From assembly GCA_043812195.1 (NCBI GenBank), contig JBDRML010000016.1, positions 22,093-86,092 on the forward strand: a stretch of DNA of 64,000 nt, written 5' to 3'. Numbering within the stretch: position 1 is the stretch's first letter; every line of letters begins with the position of its first letter. This DNA is from Candidatus Woesearchaeota archaeon (lineage in GTDB: Archaea; Nanobdellota; Nanobdellia; SCGC-AAA011-G17; PNOQ01). The notes under the pieces are model-generated. The model was not told the origin of the DNA, did no database searches, and saw nothing but the letters and a program-made list of their open reading frames with translations. The translations under genes and the position numbers were made by a program. Below, in pieces: positions 46,053 to 55,267 of this stretch.

Positions 46053-47330
46053 CTATAACAACCATTTCCACAAAGAAATATATTTTATCTTTTTACCATT
46101 AATTCTCTCTTCACCATCCTTATCATTGGTTATAATAACTAAATTATTGCATTTAAGCTCTATACTCGCTTTCAATAATGATTTAATCTCTCTGCTTTTC
46201 GTATTTTCACTTTCAATATCATAGCATACCTGAATTAGTTCTTTAATCTTTAATCCTTCCTTAACAACAAAATCAACTTCATTTTGTTGATGGTCCTTCC
46301 AATAATAAACTTCAGTATTAATTTTATCGTTTTTGAACTTTCTTCTTAATAATTCTATAACGACTATATTTTCGAATAATTTACCATTATCTTTCGACAA
46401 CCTAAAACTAACAAAATTGCAGAATCCATGATCAACAGAATAAACCTTTTTAGGAGCAATTATTTGCTGTTTCAATTTATTTGAATATCTTTCCAAAACT
46501 ATTATCAAAAAAGCTTCCTTTAAATAATTAACATAGTTTTTAATCGTATGAGGATCTTTTATATTAAATATTTTAGAAAGTTTTGAATATGTAAATTCAC
46601 TAGAAAAATTGCTTATGAGATAGCTAGAAAGTTCTCTAAAAGTGCCTTTTTTTTCAATAGCATATCTTCTCAAACAATCTTTGTTTATTATATCCTCGTA
46701 AATTCTCACAACCATATTTGAGCCAAACTTTGCAAATTCAGGAAATCCGCTGCCATGAAGATACTTATTAAACTCCCGCCTTATTTTGGCGCGATCTTCA
46801 GTTGCATAAATATTAGGCTTAAAGCTTAATGTTTCTTTAAATGAAAACGGATATAAAACAAAATCTATGTATCTGCCAGTTAAATGAGTAGCTAACTCAC
46901 CGGATAATAATTTAGAATTACTGCCGGTTATAATAACTTTCTTGCTTCTTCTAAGCCTTGTCGCAAATAATTCCCAGCCAGTTACATTTTGAATTTCATC
47001 CAAAACTACAAGGTCTATATCACCATACATTTCATAAAATGCTTCCAATATTTTATTCAAATCAGATGTCTTGACATTAATCAGCCTTTCATCGTCAAAG
47101 TTTATATAAGCAAAATTTTGTTTTAATTCTTTTGATAAAATCAGAGAAAAAATAGACTTTCCGCTTCTTCTAACACCAAGTATAGCAAGTATATTAGGAT
47201 ACTTAAGATATTTTTTCTCGTAGTCTATGAGCTCTCTTTCTACTATTTTCTCTTCACTAAATTTCTTTTCCAGCTCTCTCCTTTGGTCTTCTATTATCCT
47301 TTTTAGTATCTCTAATTGCATAGGAATCAA
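46053..47330 (-). CDS. AAA+ superfamily ATPase with DUF4143-like C-terminus (COG1373-type predicted archaeal ATPase)
   Basis: P-loop GVRRSGKS; Walker B LVVLDEIQ; 425 aa. Confidence 0.7.
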   Translation of the reverse strand: MIPMQLEILKRIIEDQRRELEKKFSEEKIVERELIDYEKKYLKYPNILAILGVRRSGKSIFSLILSKELKQNFAYINFDDERLINVKTSDLNKILEAFYEMYGDIDLVVLDEIQNVTGWELFATRLRRSKKVIITGSNSKLLSGELATHLTGRYIDFVLYPFSFKETLSFKPNIYATEDRAKIRREFNKYLHGSGFPEFAKFGSNMVVRIYEDIINKDCLRRYAIEKKGTFRELSSYLISNFSSEFTYSKLSKIFNIKDPHTIKNYVNYLKEAFLIIVLERYSNKLKQQIIAPKKVYSVDHGFCNFVSFRLSKDNGKLFENIVVIELLRRKFKNDKINTEVYYWKDHQQNEVDFVVKEGLKIKELIQVCYDIESENTKSREIKSLLKASIELKCNNLVIITNDKDGEERINGKKIKYISLWKWLL

Positions 47331-47377
47331 AACACAAACATCTTTATAAAGTTTGCGGTTACGAACTACATACTTTT

Positions 47378-47470
47378 AAACCTTTATTTTTCACAAATTA
47401 CAACATAAAATTCAAATTCCCAAGATCTCCTAAAAGATTCAGAATTAATGCCTAAAAAACAATCTCCAAC
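47378..47470 (+). repeat. copy 3 of the 33-bp repeat plus ~60 bp duplicate of the 3' end of the pilin-like gene 47541..47951 (93-bp segment ~90% identical to 47535..47628)
   Basis: Seen directly: ...cacaaattacaacataaaattcaaattcccaagatctcctaaaagattcagaattaatgcctaaaaaacaatctccaact versus 47535 onward. Confidence 0.6.
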
Positions 47471-47534
47471 TACGCTCAAACTATGCCATTATTCACAAAA
47501 AGTTTAGTATTCTTAAATAAAAAGTGAATAATAG

Positions 47535-47569
47535 AAACATTTATTTTTCACAAATTACAACATAAAATT
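47535..47569 (+). repeat. copy 4 of the 33-bp repeat, overlapping the true 3' end of pilin-like gene 47541..47951
   Basis: aaacatttatttttcacaaattacaacataaaatt. Confidence 0.6.
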
Positions 47570-47951
47570 CAAACTCTCCAGACCTTCTAAAAGATTCAGA
47601 ATTAATGCCTAAAAAACAATCTCCAACTCTAATTTCTTCACCACTACTGCATTCCATTACAAATCCAGAATCCTCATCAACAAAATTCATATTCCCAGAT
47701 ACAAAATTTCTCAATGTATTACAATCAACTTCTTCACCCAAACAACAACTAGTTGCTAAATCTCCAAAATTAGTTCCGCTAACATCAGCTTTAGCCAAAG
47801 CATTAGCAAAATTATACGCTTTATTATTCAAATAAACATTCCTATCATCTCCTCCACTCCTAGAAAACAATAAAGCAAACAACCCAATAAACACAACTAA
47901 CAAAACAATAATAACCAATCCAAATGTTTCTATTTGTCCTTTTTTAAACAT
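47541..47951 (-). CDS. class III signal peptide (archaeal type IV pilin-like) protein
   Basis: N-terminus MFKKGQIETFGLVIIVLLVVFIGLFALLF: basic residues, G-Q processing motif, hydrophobic helix. Confidence 0.5.
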   Translation of the reverse strand: MFKKGQIETFGLVIIVLLVVFIGLFALLFSRSGGDDRNVYLNNKAYNFANALAKADVSGTNFGDLATSCCLGEEVDCNTLRNFVSGNMNFVDEDSGFVMECSSGEEIRVGDCFLGINSESFRRSGEFEFYVVICEK

Positions 47952-48396
47952 ACCTCTCTACCTCCAGAACACCAACATAATACTTCTCATCCCATGCATT
48001 ATACACACTAACAGGACTAGTTATTTTTCTTATTCCAGTATAACTTGATAATTTATTATCATACAAAACTAAAGTATCAGCAGAAACTTTCAATGTAATT
48101 TTCTTATAACCGAACAAATTCTTATAATATTCATTATCACTCACATCAGCAAAAGCTCTTGCCTTATAAAAATCAATACTTCCTTTTTGATCTCCTCTAA
48201 CAGAATAACTCAATTCAGGCATACTAGGAACAAAACTAATCATATCTTCAAATTTATCTTCTTGATACTTCTCATTTAGATTCTCAATAGATCTAATTTG
48301 AAATTGATAAAACAAAACAAAACCAATCAATAAAATAACCACAACTATAAATATAACAAATCCTGTTTCCTGTATTTGTAATTGTCCTTTTTTCAT
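47944..48396 (-). CDS. class III signal peptide (pilin-like) protein
   Basis: MKKGQLQIQETGFVIFIVVVILLIGFVLFY. Confidence 0.5.
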   Translation of the reverse strand: MKKGQLQIQETGFVIFIVVVILLIGFVLFYQFQIRSIENLNEKYQEDKFEDMISFVPSMPELSYSVRGDQKGSIDFYKARAFADVSDNEYYKNLFGYKKITLKVSADTLVLYDNKLSSYTGIRKITSPVSVYNAWDEKYYVGVLEVERYV

Positions 48397-49217
48397 TAAT
48401 AAATTACCTCACAACCATGATTATCCAAAGCCTCATTCAAACTAATAATTGAATTAATATTATCATCTCTTAAAGCACCTATAATTTGTCCATATTCAGC
48501 ACATTTACTTCCAAAATATTGTGCCTTCTTGATATAAAGTTCTTTCAAACTATTCTTCCTTTCTTCTAAATAATTCTTACTACATTCAAAAACATCCGGA
48601 CTTGAAAACATCGCACCATAAACAAAAACATTATCTCCATTATAATTAAAATATTTATCTTCATTAACATACCAAATCTGATTTCCATTAAAAGCTATAA
48701 CTTTTTTATTAGGATTAGGTTCAGCACCTCCAAAATAAACCAAAACATCAGCATTCCCTTCACTAGTTATTTTCAATTCATTAGGTATCTCATCCATAAA
48801 TTCTTCATTAACACCAGAAAAATAAAATTTCAAATCAGAATTCCATAAATAAACCACAGTATCAATCAAATAAGGTTTTTCATAATTCTGACTCCACATA
48901 CTAAAAGGACCTTCGCTTTTATCTTCAACAAAGATTACACTACTAGATTCAATAGACTGATCTTCATTAATATACATCCTCTCACAATTATATTCTAAAA
49001 CAAAATCTGAAAAATCTTCTCCAAAAACTTTATACTGAGAAATTCCTTTAGCACCCAAAATAGAACTATCCAAAGCCCTTACAATCTTACCATTTTCTTT
49101 ACTCTGCTCTAAATCAATATATCTTACACTAAAGAATGCAAAAAATATTAAAAACAACGCACCAGCAATAATAACAAAAATCCAATTAAACTGAATGCCC
49201 TGACCTCTTTTTTCCAT
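48396..49217 (-). CDS. class III signal peptide (pilin-like) protein, larger (273 aa), possible minor pilin or adhesin
   Basis: MEKRGQGIQFNWIFVIIAGALFLIFFAF. Confidence 0.45.
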   Translation of the reverse strand: MEKRGQGIQFNWIFVIIAGALFLIFFAFFSVRYIDLEQSKENGKIVRALDSSILGAKGISQYKVFGEDFSDFVLEYNCERMYINEDQSIESSSVIFVEDKSEGPFSMWSQNYEKPYLIDTVVYLWNSDLKFYFSGVNEEFMDEIPNELKITSEGNADVLVYFGGAEPNPNKKVIAFNGNQIWYVNEDKYFNYNGDNVFVYGAMFSSPDVFECSKNYLEERKNSLKELYIKKAQYFGSKCAEYGQIIGALRDDNINSIISLNEALDNHGCEVIY

Positions 49218-49322
49218 AACCTAAATTCAGAATTATTATTTAAATAGATTGTGTTAAGGTAAAAACCCAAAGGTTTATATATATTAACGTATTTATGTTT
49301 TTTAACGTAAGGAGGTTTAAAA

Positions 49323-49565
49323 ATGGTGAGCATCACATTATCTGTCCCAGAAGAAATTAAAAAAAGCATGGAAACATTTTCAGAAATAAACTGGTCTGGA
49401 TTTGTCAGAAAATCCATCATAGAAAAAACACAAGAACTAACAAAAAAAGAAGAGTTATTAAAAGAATTAGAAAAAGAAAAAGATATAATAGATTGGTCTG
49501 TAAAACTTCAAAGAGTATCAAGGAAAGGAAGATTCCAAGATTTAAAAAAGAAGGGATTAATATGA
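49323..49565 (+). CDS. ribbon-helix-helix (CopG-like) antitoxin
   Basis: MVSITLSVPEEIKKSMETFSE... beta-strand/helix pattern of RHH antitoxins; stop overlaps the PIN gene start (ATGA). Confidence 0.45.
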   Translation: MVSITLSVPEEIKKSMETFSEINWSGFVRKSIIEKTQELTKKEELLKELEKEKDIIDWSVKLQRVSRKGRFQDLKKKGLI

Positions 49566-49990
49566 AATTGGTAACTGATACAAACATATTATTCACTTTT
49601 TTCTGGAAAAACTCCTATACAAGAAAATTATTCATAAATCAAGATTTAGAATTAATATCTCCAGAATTCGCTTTAGAAGAAATAAAAAAATATTCCGAAG
49701 AAATAATTAGAAGAGCAAAAATATCAAAAAAAGAATTTCAGGATATCAGAAAAGAACTCGCTCTTATGGTTGAATTTATACCTTTAAAAGAATATTCAGA
49801 ATATTTAAAAAAAGCATCAGAAATTTCTTATGATAAAGATGATGTTGATTTTATTGCTTTAGCTTTAAAACTAAAATCCCCCATATGGTCTAATGATAAA
49901 GAATTTAAGAAACAAAATAAAATTAAAGTTTACTCTACTCTAGAAGTTTTAAAAGAATTAAACTATGGATCAATTAATAATGAAAAGTAA
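49562..49990 (+). CDS. PIN-domain toxin (VapC-like)
   Basis: Start moved to in-frame ATG at 49562: MKLVTDTNILF ... DFIALALKLKSPIWSNDKEF (PIN acidic residues). Confidence 0.55.
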   Translation: MKLVTDTNILFTFFWKNSYTRKLFINQDLELISPEFALEEIKKYSEEIIRRAKISKKEFQDIRKELALMVEFIPLKEYSEYLKKASEISYDKDDVDFIALALKLKSPIWSNDKEFKKQNKIKVYSTLEVLKELNYGSINNEK

Positions 49991-50121
49991 AAAAATGCCA
50001 GAAAATCCTTTAAAAGATTGTTTAGGAATTCTAAAAAAAGATAAAGAATGGGAAGAATTAGAAAAAAATCTAAAAATAGATTGGAAAAATTTTAACGAAA
50101 AATTAAAAAGGACTTAAAGGA

Positions 50122-50613
50122 TTAAATATGTTCCGCTAATACTAATTCTCCTTTATTAGTAAATCTAATGTCAATTTTATTATCAATTAAGTTATCACAT
50201 AATGGATTCAAACCTTCAATATAAATTCTTTCGAATTCTTTAGATCTTAATTTCTCATCAGCAAAAAACACATTTTCATCTTGAAAACCAGAATAAGACA
50301 AATTAATAAATTCTCTCAAATTAAAATTATTAACCAAACTTAAATCAATTTCACTATTTCTATCAATAATACAAATTTCAGAAATACTATTTGGAATATT
50401 AATATTTTCTAAAGACATTATACTTCCAAAACTATCATGATAAACCTTACTTTCAACTTCCTCTATATCACTAACAAATCTTTGATACTCAACTTCCTGT
50501 CCAGTATTTATAACATTAATAATAGCTTTCACTCCAAAAAATAAAATAATAGCAGCAACTATCAAAAGAAAAATATACACAAAAGGTTGCCCCATTAATT
50601 GTCCTTTTCTCAT
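50122..50613 (-). CDS. class III signal peptide (pilin-like) protein
   Basis: MRKGQLMGQPFVYIFLLIVAAIILFFGV; start overlaps the end of the giant gene. Confidence 0.5.
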   Translation of the reverse strand: MRKGQLMGQPFVYIFLLIVAAIILFFGVKAIINVINTGQEVEYQRFVSDIEEVESKVYHDSFGSIMSLENINIPNSISEICIIDRNSEIDLSLVNNFNLREFINLSYSGFQDENVFFADEKLRSKEFERIYIEGLNPLCDNLIDNKIDIRFTNKGELVLAEHI

Positions 50614-53600
50614 CTTGGATAAACTGTAAATGGATTAGTATTCTTATTGTCCCATTTATCTAAACACTTAATATAATAAACATCTTCACCTAAAGAAGCA
50701 TAGTGTTCTTTCTCGTTTCTAGCAGAAATCATAGTAAAGACTGTATCTTCATTTTCATCCTGCACATCAAAGTTATCTTTCTCACTACTATATTTACATA
50801 CACTTTCTTCATTCATCAAAACATGTAATTGCTGACTTGTTGTCCAAACTCTTAATAAAATAGGAGCATCTAAGTCCTTGAATATAACTATAGTTCTTTC
50901 TTCCTGCACCACATTACCAGCAAAATCAGTACACTCATATAAAACAGGATAATGCAGACCTTCAGGAGTTCCTTCAATATCTTCATGTAAAGTCTTATGT
51001 GTTCTTGAAAACAAAGTAGTTACATTATACCAATTATCTCCTATCTGATATTTACATATAGCATCATTTCCTGTTTCAATCTCAATTTCAAATTTATCAT
51101 CATATGTTTCAAATGTTGCATTAGGCTCAATAATATCCATTTCAAATGTTGGCCAAATCATTGCAGTCCATAAGTAAGGATCTTCCATAACATTAGATTC
51201 CTCCCCAATATCAGGTACATCTCCACATTTAATCCATAATGGACAGAAAGTACTATTAAATGGTTTTGTAATTCCATTACCTTCAGGTATATTAATTTCT
51301 TCACACCAGCCAGCTTCTCCTAAATTAAACTCAGTTTGGAATTTCTGGCAAGTTTCATCAGTCTGACTACATGGAGTATTTCCTTTACCACCAAAGCTTG
51401 TCATATCTCCATAATTCAAAGTATCATTATCCTTAGAATATTTACAATCTTGAACATTATTCTTATCATAAGCATACAATATAAATGGAATATTTGTAGT
51501 TCCTTCAGGTACATTAATATTCACAGGATTAATATAATCAATAATTGGAGGCAATTCATCAGGAGCCTCTTTAAAACTAAAACTCACATAATCTTTATCT
51601 TCTTTATTAGTATTTCCAGCTATATCTTGGCATTTAATATAAATATAAGTTTTGTCTCTAACTTTATCTTCAGCTCTAAATGTAATATTCACTCCATGAT
51701 CAGCAGATGCACCCCATGGGAATGAAGTCATATCATCATATTCAGTACTTCTAGCAAAACTATATTTACAATGTCCTATTTCACTAGTATTTATTTTTAG
51801 AAGAGTATAAGAAGTTTCCCATTCAATTTTATCACTAATTTCTAATTTTCTTCCTTCACCCTTAAATTCTTGTATTGTTAAATTATCTTCACCCTTAAAT
51901 TCAATCTCTATAGATTCTAAATAAGGGGAACTATGATCATCAGGCTCAGAAGGCAAACACAATCCTCCAACAACCCCATTTTCTTCAAAAGGAACATAAC
52001 TACACCAATCACTCTCAGCTCCTAAAATCTTACATCTCTTTTCAGTGCAATCCCATTGTCCTTCTAATCCACACTCAGCACAATGAATATTATCAGTATA
52101 TGGTTTCTCCGGAATACATTCTCCTGTTTTAAATGAGGTTGTTACAGTATAAATTGAAGCTATATATGATGCTATAATCAAAATCTTACTAACAGCCTGA
52201 GAAGAAATTTTACCAAATAAACCACCACTAGAAACTTCACCACCTTCAAGAGTATAAGCAACCCCTTCAACACTTTGTGTCACTTGTAAATTAAATTTTA
52301 CTAATGGAGAAATCATATTAGGAGCAATCTTAGAAAATACAATAGTTAAAACATTAGCAGCAGCAGAATAATAGAATGAATTAGGAAATTTTCTATCAGA
52401 ATCAATACCACTAGCCTCAAATATTTCATTTTTTTCTTCTTCGCTCAAAATCTTATCTAAATGGTTAGCCCAAGATAAGATATAAGATAATCTCAATTTA
52501 TCATTATAATATAAATCTCCAGCATCTTTCGGAGTATCGTGTGTACCTGTAGCAGCAGTATAACCATAAACAATAGATAAAACACCCCAATATATTACCG
52601 CACCAAGCGACATAAATCCACCAACAACACCAGACGCACATGCAGCCCACCCTGGGAACCCAACACCAGGAAGTGCAGCAACAACACCACAAACTGCAAT
52701 CATAGATCCCATTGTACCTACAGCAATTGCTCCAGTAGTTGCAAGCCCTGCTGTTGAAAAACCATCAGCTTCGAACTGGCAATCTCCTAAAGCATTACAC
52801 TCAAAATCAGTACAAACATTTACAGAACCATCGCCACCTTTTCCACACTGGCTACATCTATTTCCTGAATCACCATATCCTTCAGCTCCTTCACCAGGAG
52901 GATACAAAGCATTACAACTTCCAATTGGTGCCCAAACATCCCTATCATAACCTTCCTCTTGCATTAAAGGTCCACCACCACAATTACCAAAATCAGAACA
53001 TTTATCTTGATTATTAAACCACCCATTATCATCAGTACATTGTTTGCCAACAACATTAGCTAAAAATTGTCCAACACCTGGCGCATAATTAAAAAAATCA
53101 ATCACAGAACGCCCATCTCCACAATCCTTATGACATTTTTCCCAGGCATTATCAACCAAATCAGCCTCTACCCTTGTTAAATTTCCAATCTTAGTTACAG
53201 ATTCTTCACATCTCATTCCCCTATTTTTATCATCATAATCAGGTTCTATTTCTCTATTCTGGCATGTTAACACATAATTATGCAATCCAGTACTTTTTCT
53301 ATCATTCAAAAAATGTCCAGAAAGAACATTCATACAAATAGACTCTCCACTTTTAAAAGTATTTGGCCATGTATTAGGAGAATCTTCAACACAATCAGTA
53401 CTTAAACAAACCGCATCTTCACCACCAACCACATTATCAGGGTCATCACACATTCCACCAGGCCTGCATTCATCAAATATTTCTTCTCTATTTCCATCAG
53501 AATCATAATAATAAACATCCCACTTATCATCATCAGTAGTTCCATCGCCGCAGCTTTTAAACTTATGACCTTCTCTATAACTAGGACACCCAACAACTTC

Positions 53601-54221
53601 AGAACATAAAGTACTTTCAAAGAAATTAGCCCTTTCAAATCCAGGAGCATCTTTAAATCTATCTAAAGGACCATATTCACAAACTCCACCACCCGCACTC
53701 TTATAACATCCAGTTACAGAACCAGAACATTCTAAATTACAATCTTGTCTATTTGTAATTCCACCAATAAATTGTTCGCCACCTAAATCAGTTCTACAAA
53801 CTTTTTCTTCTTGAACACTACAAGAACCAAATTGTATGCAACATCCAGATTGACAAGCACTAACAGATTCCTTAGAAGCACCTAAATGAAAAGTGCCGCC
53901 ATCTGTTTTACATCTAACTTCTTCAACATTATCTAAACAACCACCAACATCAGAAGGGACACATGCACCTTTTTGACACTCATTTATTTCTCCTTTAGTC
54001 TGAAAATTCCATTCATGCCCTCCTGCACATCCACCATAAGCATCCCAACCTTGTCCATTAGAAACTTCAACACAATAATCTCCATTATTAGTTAAACCGC
54101 AAGTATCAACATTAGCAGCTGAAACTTCTTCAGTATTTAAAACCAAAGCAAAATTAATAACAGCTACAATCATTATAACTGAGAAAAATACAGCAATTGA
54201 TTTTCTAATAGCATATTTCAT
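50610..54221 (-). CDS. giant (1203 aa) cysteine-rich secreted/polytopic surface protein of unknown function
   Basis: Signal peptide MKYAIRKSIAVFFSVIMIVAVINFALVLNTEEVSAA; ~480-aa Cys-rich ectodomain; central Gly/Ala-rich hydrophobic block (~aa 490-690, 2-4 TM helices); ~500-aa C-terminal domain with further Cys pairs. Confidence 0.6.
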   Translation of the reverse strand: MKYAIRKSIAVFFSVIMIVAVINFALVLNTEEVSAANVDTCGLTNNGDYCVEVSNGQGWDAYGGCAGGHEWNFQTKGEINECQKGACVPSDVGGCLDNVEEVRCKTDGGTFHLGASKESVSACQSGCCIQFGSCSVQEEKVCRTDLGGEQFIGGITNRQDCNLECSGSVTGCYKSAGGGVCEYGPLDRFKDAPGFERANFFESTLCSEVVGCPSYREGHKFKSCGDGTTDDDKWDVYYYDSDGNREEIFDECRPGGMCDDPDNVVGGEDAVCLSTDCVEDSPNTWPNTFKSGESICMNVLSGHFLNDRKSTGLHNYVLTCQNREIEPDYDDKNRGMRCEESVTKIGNLTRVEADLVDNAWEKCHKDCGDGRSVIDFFNYAPGVGQFLANVVGKQCTDDNGWFNNQDKCSDFGNCGGGPLMQEEGYDRDVWAPIGSCNALYPPGEGAEGYGDSGNRCSQCGKGGDGSVNVCTDFECNALGDCQFEADGFSTAGLATTGAIAVGTMGSMIAVCGVVAALPGVGFPGWAACASGVVGGFMSLGAVIYWGVLSIVYGYTAATGTHDTPKDAGDLYYNDKLRLSYILSWANHLDKILSEEEKNEIFEASGIDSDRKFPNSFYYSAAANVLTIVFSKIAPNMISPLVKFNLQVTQSVEGVAYTLEGGEVSSGGLFGKISSQAVSKILIIASYIASIYTVTTSFKTGECIPEKPYTDNIHCAECGLEGQWDCTEKRCKILGAESDWCSYVPFEENGVVGGLCLPSEPDDHSSPYLESIEIEFKGEDNLTIQEFKGEGRKLEISDKIEWETSYTLLKINTSEIGHCKYSFARSTEYDDMTSFPWGASADHGVNITFRAEDKVRDKTYIYIKCQDIAGNTNKEDKDYVSFSFKEAPDELPPIIDYINPVNINVPEGTTNIPFILYAYDKNNVQDCKYSKDNDTLNYGDMTSFGGKGNTPCSQTDETCQKFQTEFNLGEAGWCEEINIPEGNGITKPFNSTFCPLWIKCGDVPDIGEESNVMEDPYLWTAMIWPTFEMDIIEPNATFETYDDKFEIEIETGNDAICKYQIGDNWYNVTTLFSRTHKTLHEDIEGTPEGLHYPVLYECTDFAGNVVQEERTIVIFKDLDAPILLRVWTTSQQLHVLMNEESVCKYSSEKDNFDVQDENEDTVFTMISARNEKEHYASLGEDVYYIKCLDKWDNKNTNPFTVYPR

Positions 54222-55054
54222 TCTTCAATTATAAAGTGAAATCTTAAAGCTTCACCATCCTCCTCATCTTCATATCCTTCTAAATACCACGGCTTAAATC
54301 CTTCATCATTAGGACCATTTGCAATTGAAGCAGCTAAAATATCTCCCCCTTGCTCATGATCCCACACATAATCATCAATTTCAAATCCTTCTCCACCACA
54401 TTCTCCATTCACAACATCAATAGCAATCATATAAATGTCAAACAAATTAGAATCCAAATCAATAGATAAATCTCTAAAATCAGTGCTATAACCAGATTTA
54501 CTTATTTTAACTGGAAAACTAACATCCTGTCTTATTTTTTTAGGTAAAATATCAGGAGCATCTAAATTCAATTTTAAAAATTCATAATCTAAATCCAAAC
54601 CTTCTCTTTCAAATTCTACAAAAGAACTACCAATACAATTCTCCAAATCTTCTCTCTGCTCAGCACTATTCATAAATAACTTTATCTGTTTAGCAACATT
54701 AAAAAGCAAAGGCAATGTATTTGCATCACCTTTACAAGCATAACCAATACTTATATTTTCAAAACATTCTTCAGAATTTAAATCATAATCAACACACACA
54801 TTTTCATAATAAACAGGATTGTAAAATCCACCTTGCCAAGAAACTAATCTAACACCTTCCATCAGCTTAGAACTCACACAATTTCTAACAACATTCTTAA
54901 TAGGTTCAACTCTAGCAGAAACAAATCTCTCAGCTTCTTCATCATCTAAATCTCCTTTAAATATAGTATCTCTAAAAAAGAATAAAAGCCCAACTATAAT
55001 TAAAACAACAATACCCAGAATAATAAAAATTGTTACTTGACCTCTTTTATTCAT
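54218..55054 (-). CDS. class III signal peptide (pilin-like) protein, 278 aa
   Basis: MNKRGQVTIFIILGIVVLIIVGLLFF; end overlaps the giant gene start. Confidence 0.5.
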   Translation of the reverse strand: MNKRGQVTIFIILGIVVLIIVGLLFFFRDTIFKGDLDDEEAERFVSARVEPIKNVVRNCVSSKLMEGVRLVSWQGGFYNPVYYENVCVDYDLNSEECFENISIGYACKGDANTLPLLFNVAKQIKLFMNSAEQREDLENCIGSSFVEFEREGLDLDYEFLKLNLDAPDILPKKIRQDVSFPVKISKSGYSTDFRDLSIDLDSNLFDIYMIAIDVVNGECGGEGFEIDDYVWDHEQGGDILAASIANGPNDEGFKPWYLEGYEDEEDGEALRFHFIIEE

Positions 55055-55267
55055 TATTAACTTAAAAACAAGATAGAAACTTATAAACTTTTCCTTTTAT
55101 TAGTTTACGACATAAATAAAATATAAAAACTATTAAAGATTTTTCCATTATTTAACACCTTAAGCTATTTCTAAGATATATTAATATAACTTACTTTTGT
55201 CCAGTAACTATATCAATCTTGAAACTATTAATAATTAGAAAAAACAAGATTTATAATATTTAATTAT

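Noticed and set aside
50004-50126. 40-aa plus-strand ORF (MPENPLKDCLGILKKDKEWEELEKNLKIDWKNFNEKLKRT) after the PIN toxin gene
   Set aside because: Too short and featureless to call. It might be the 3' remnant of another antitoxin-like gene, but there is no support.
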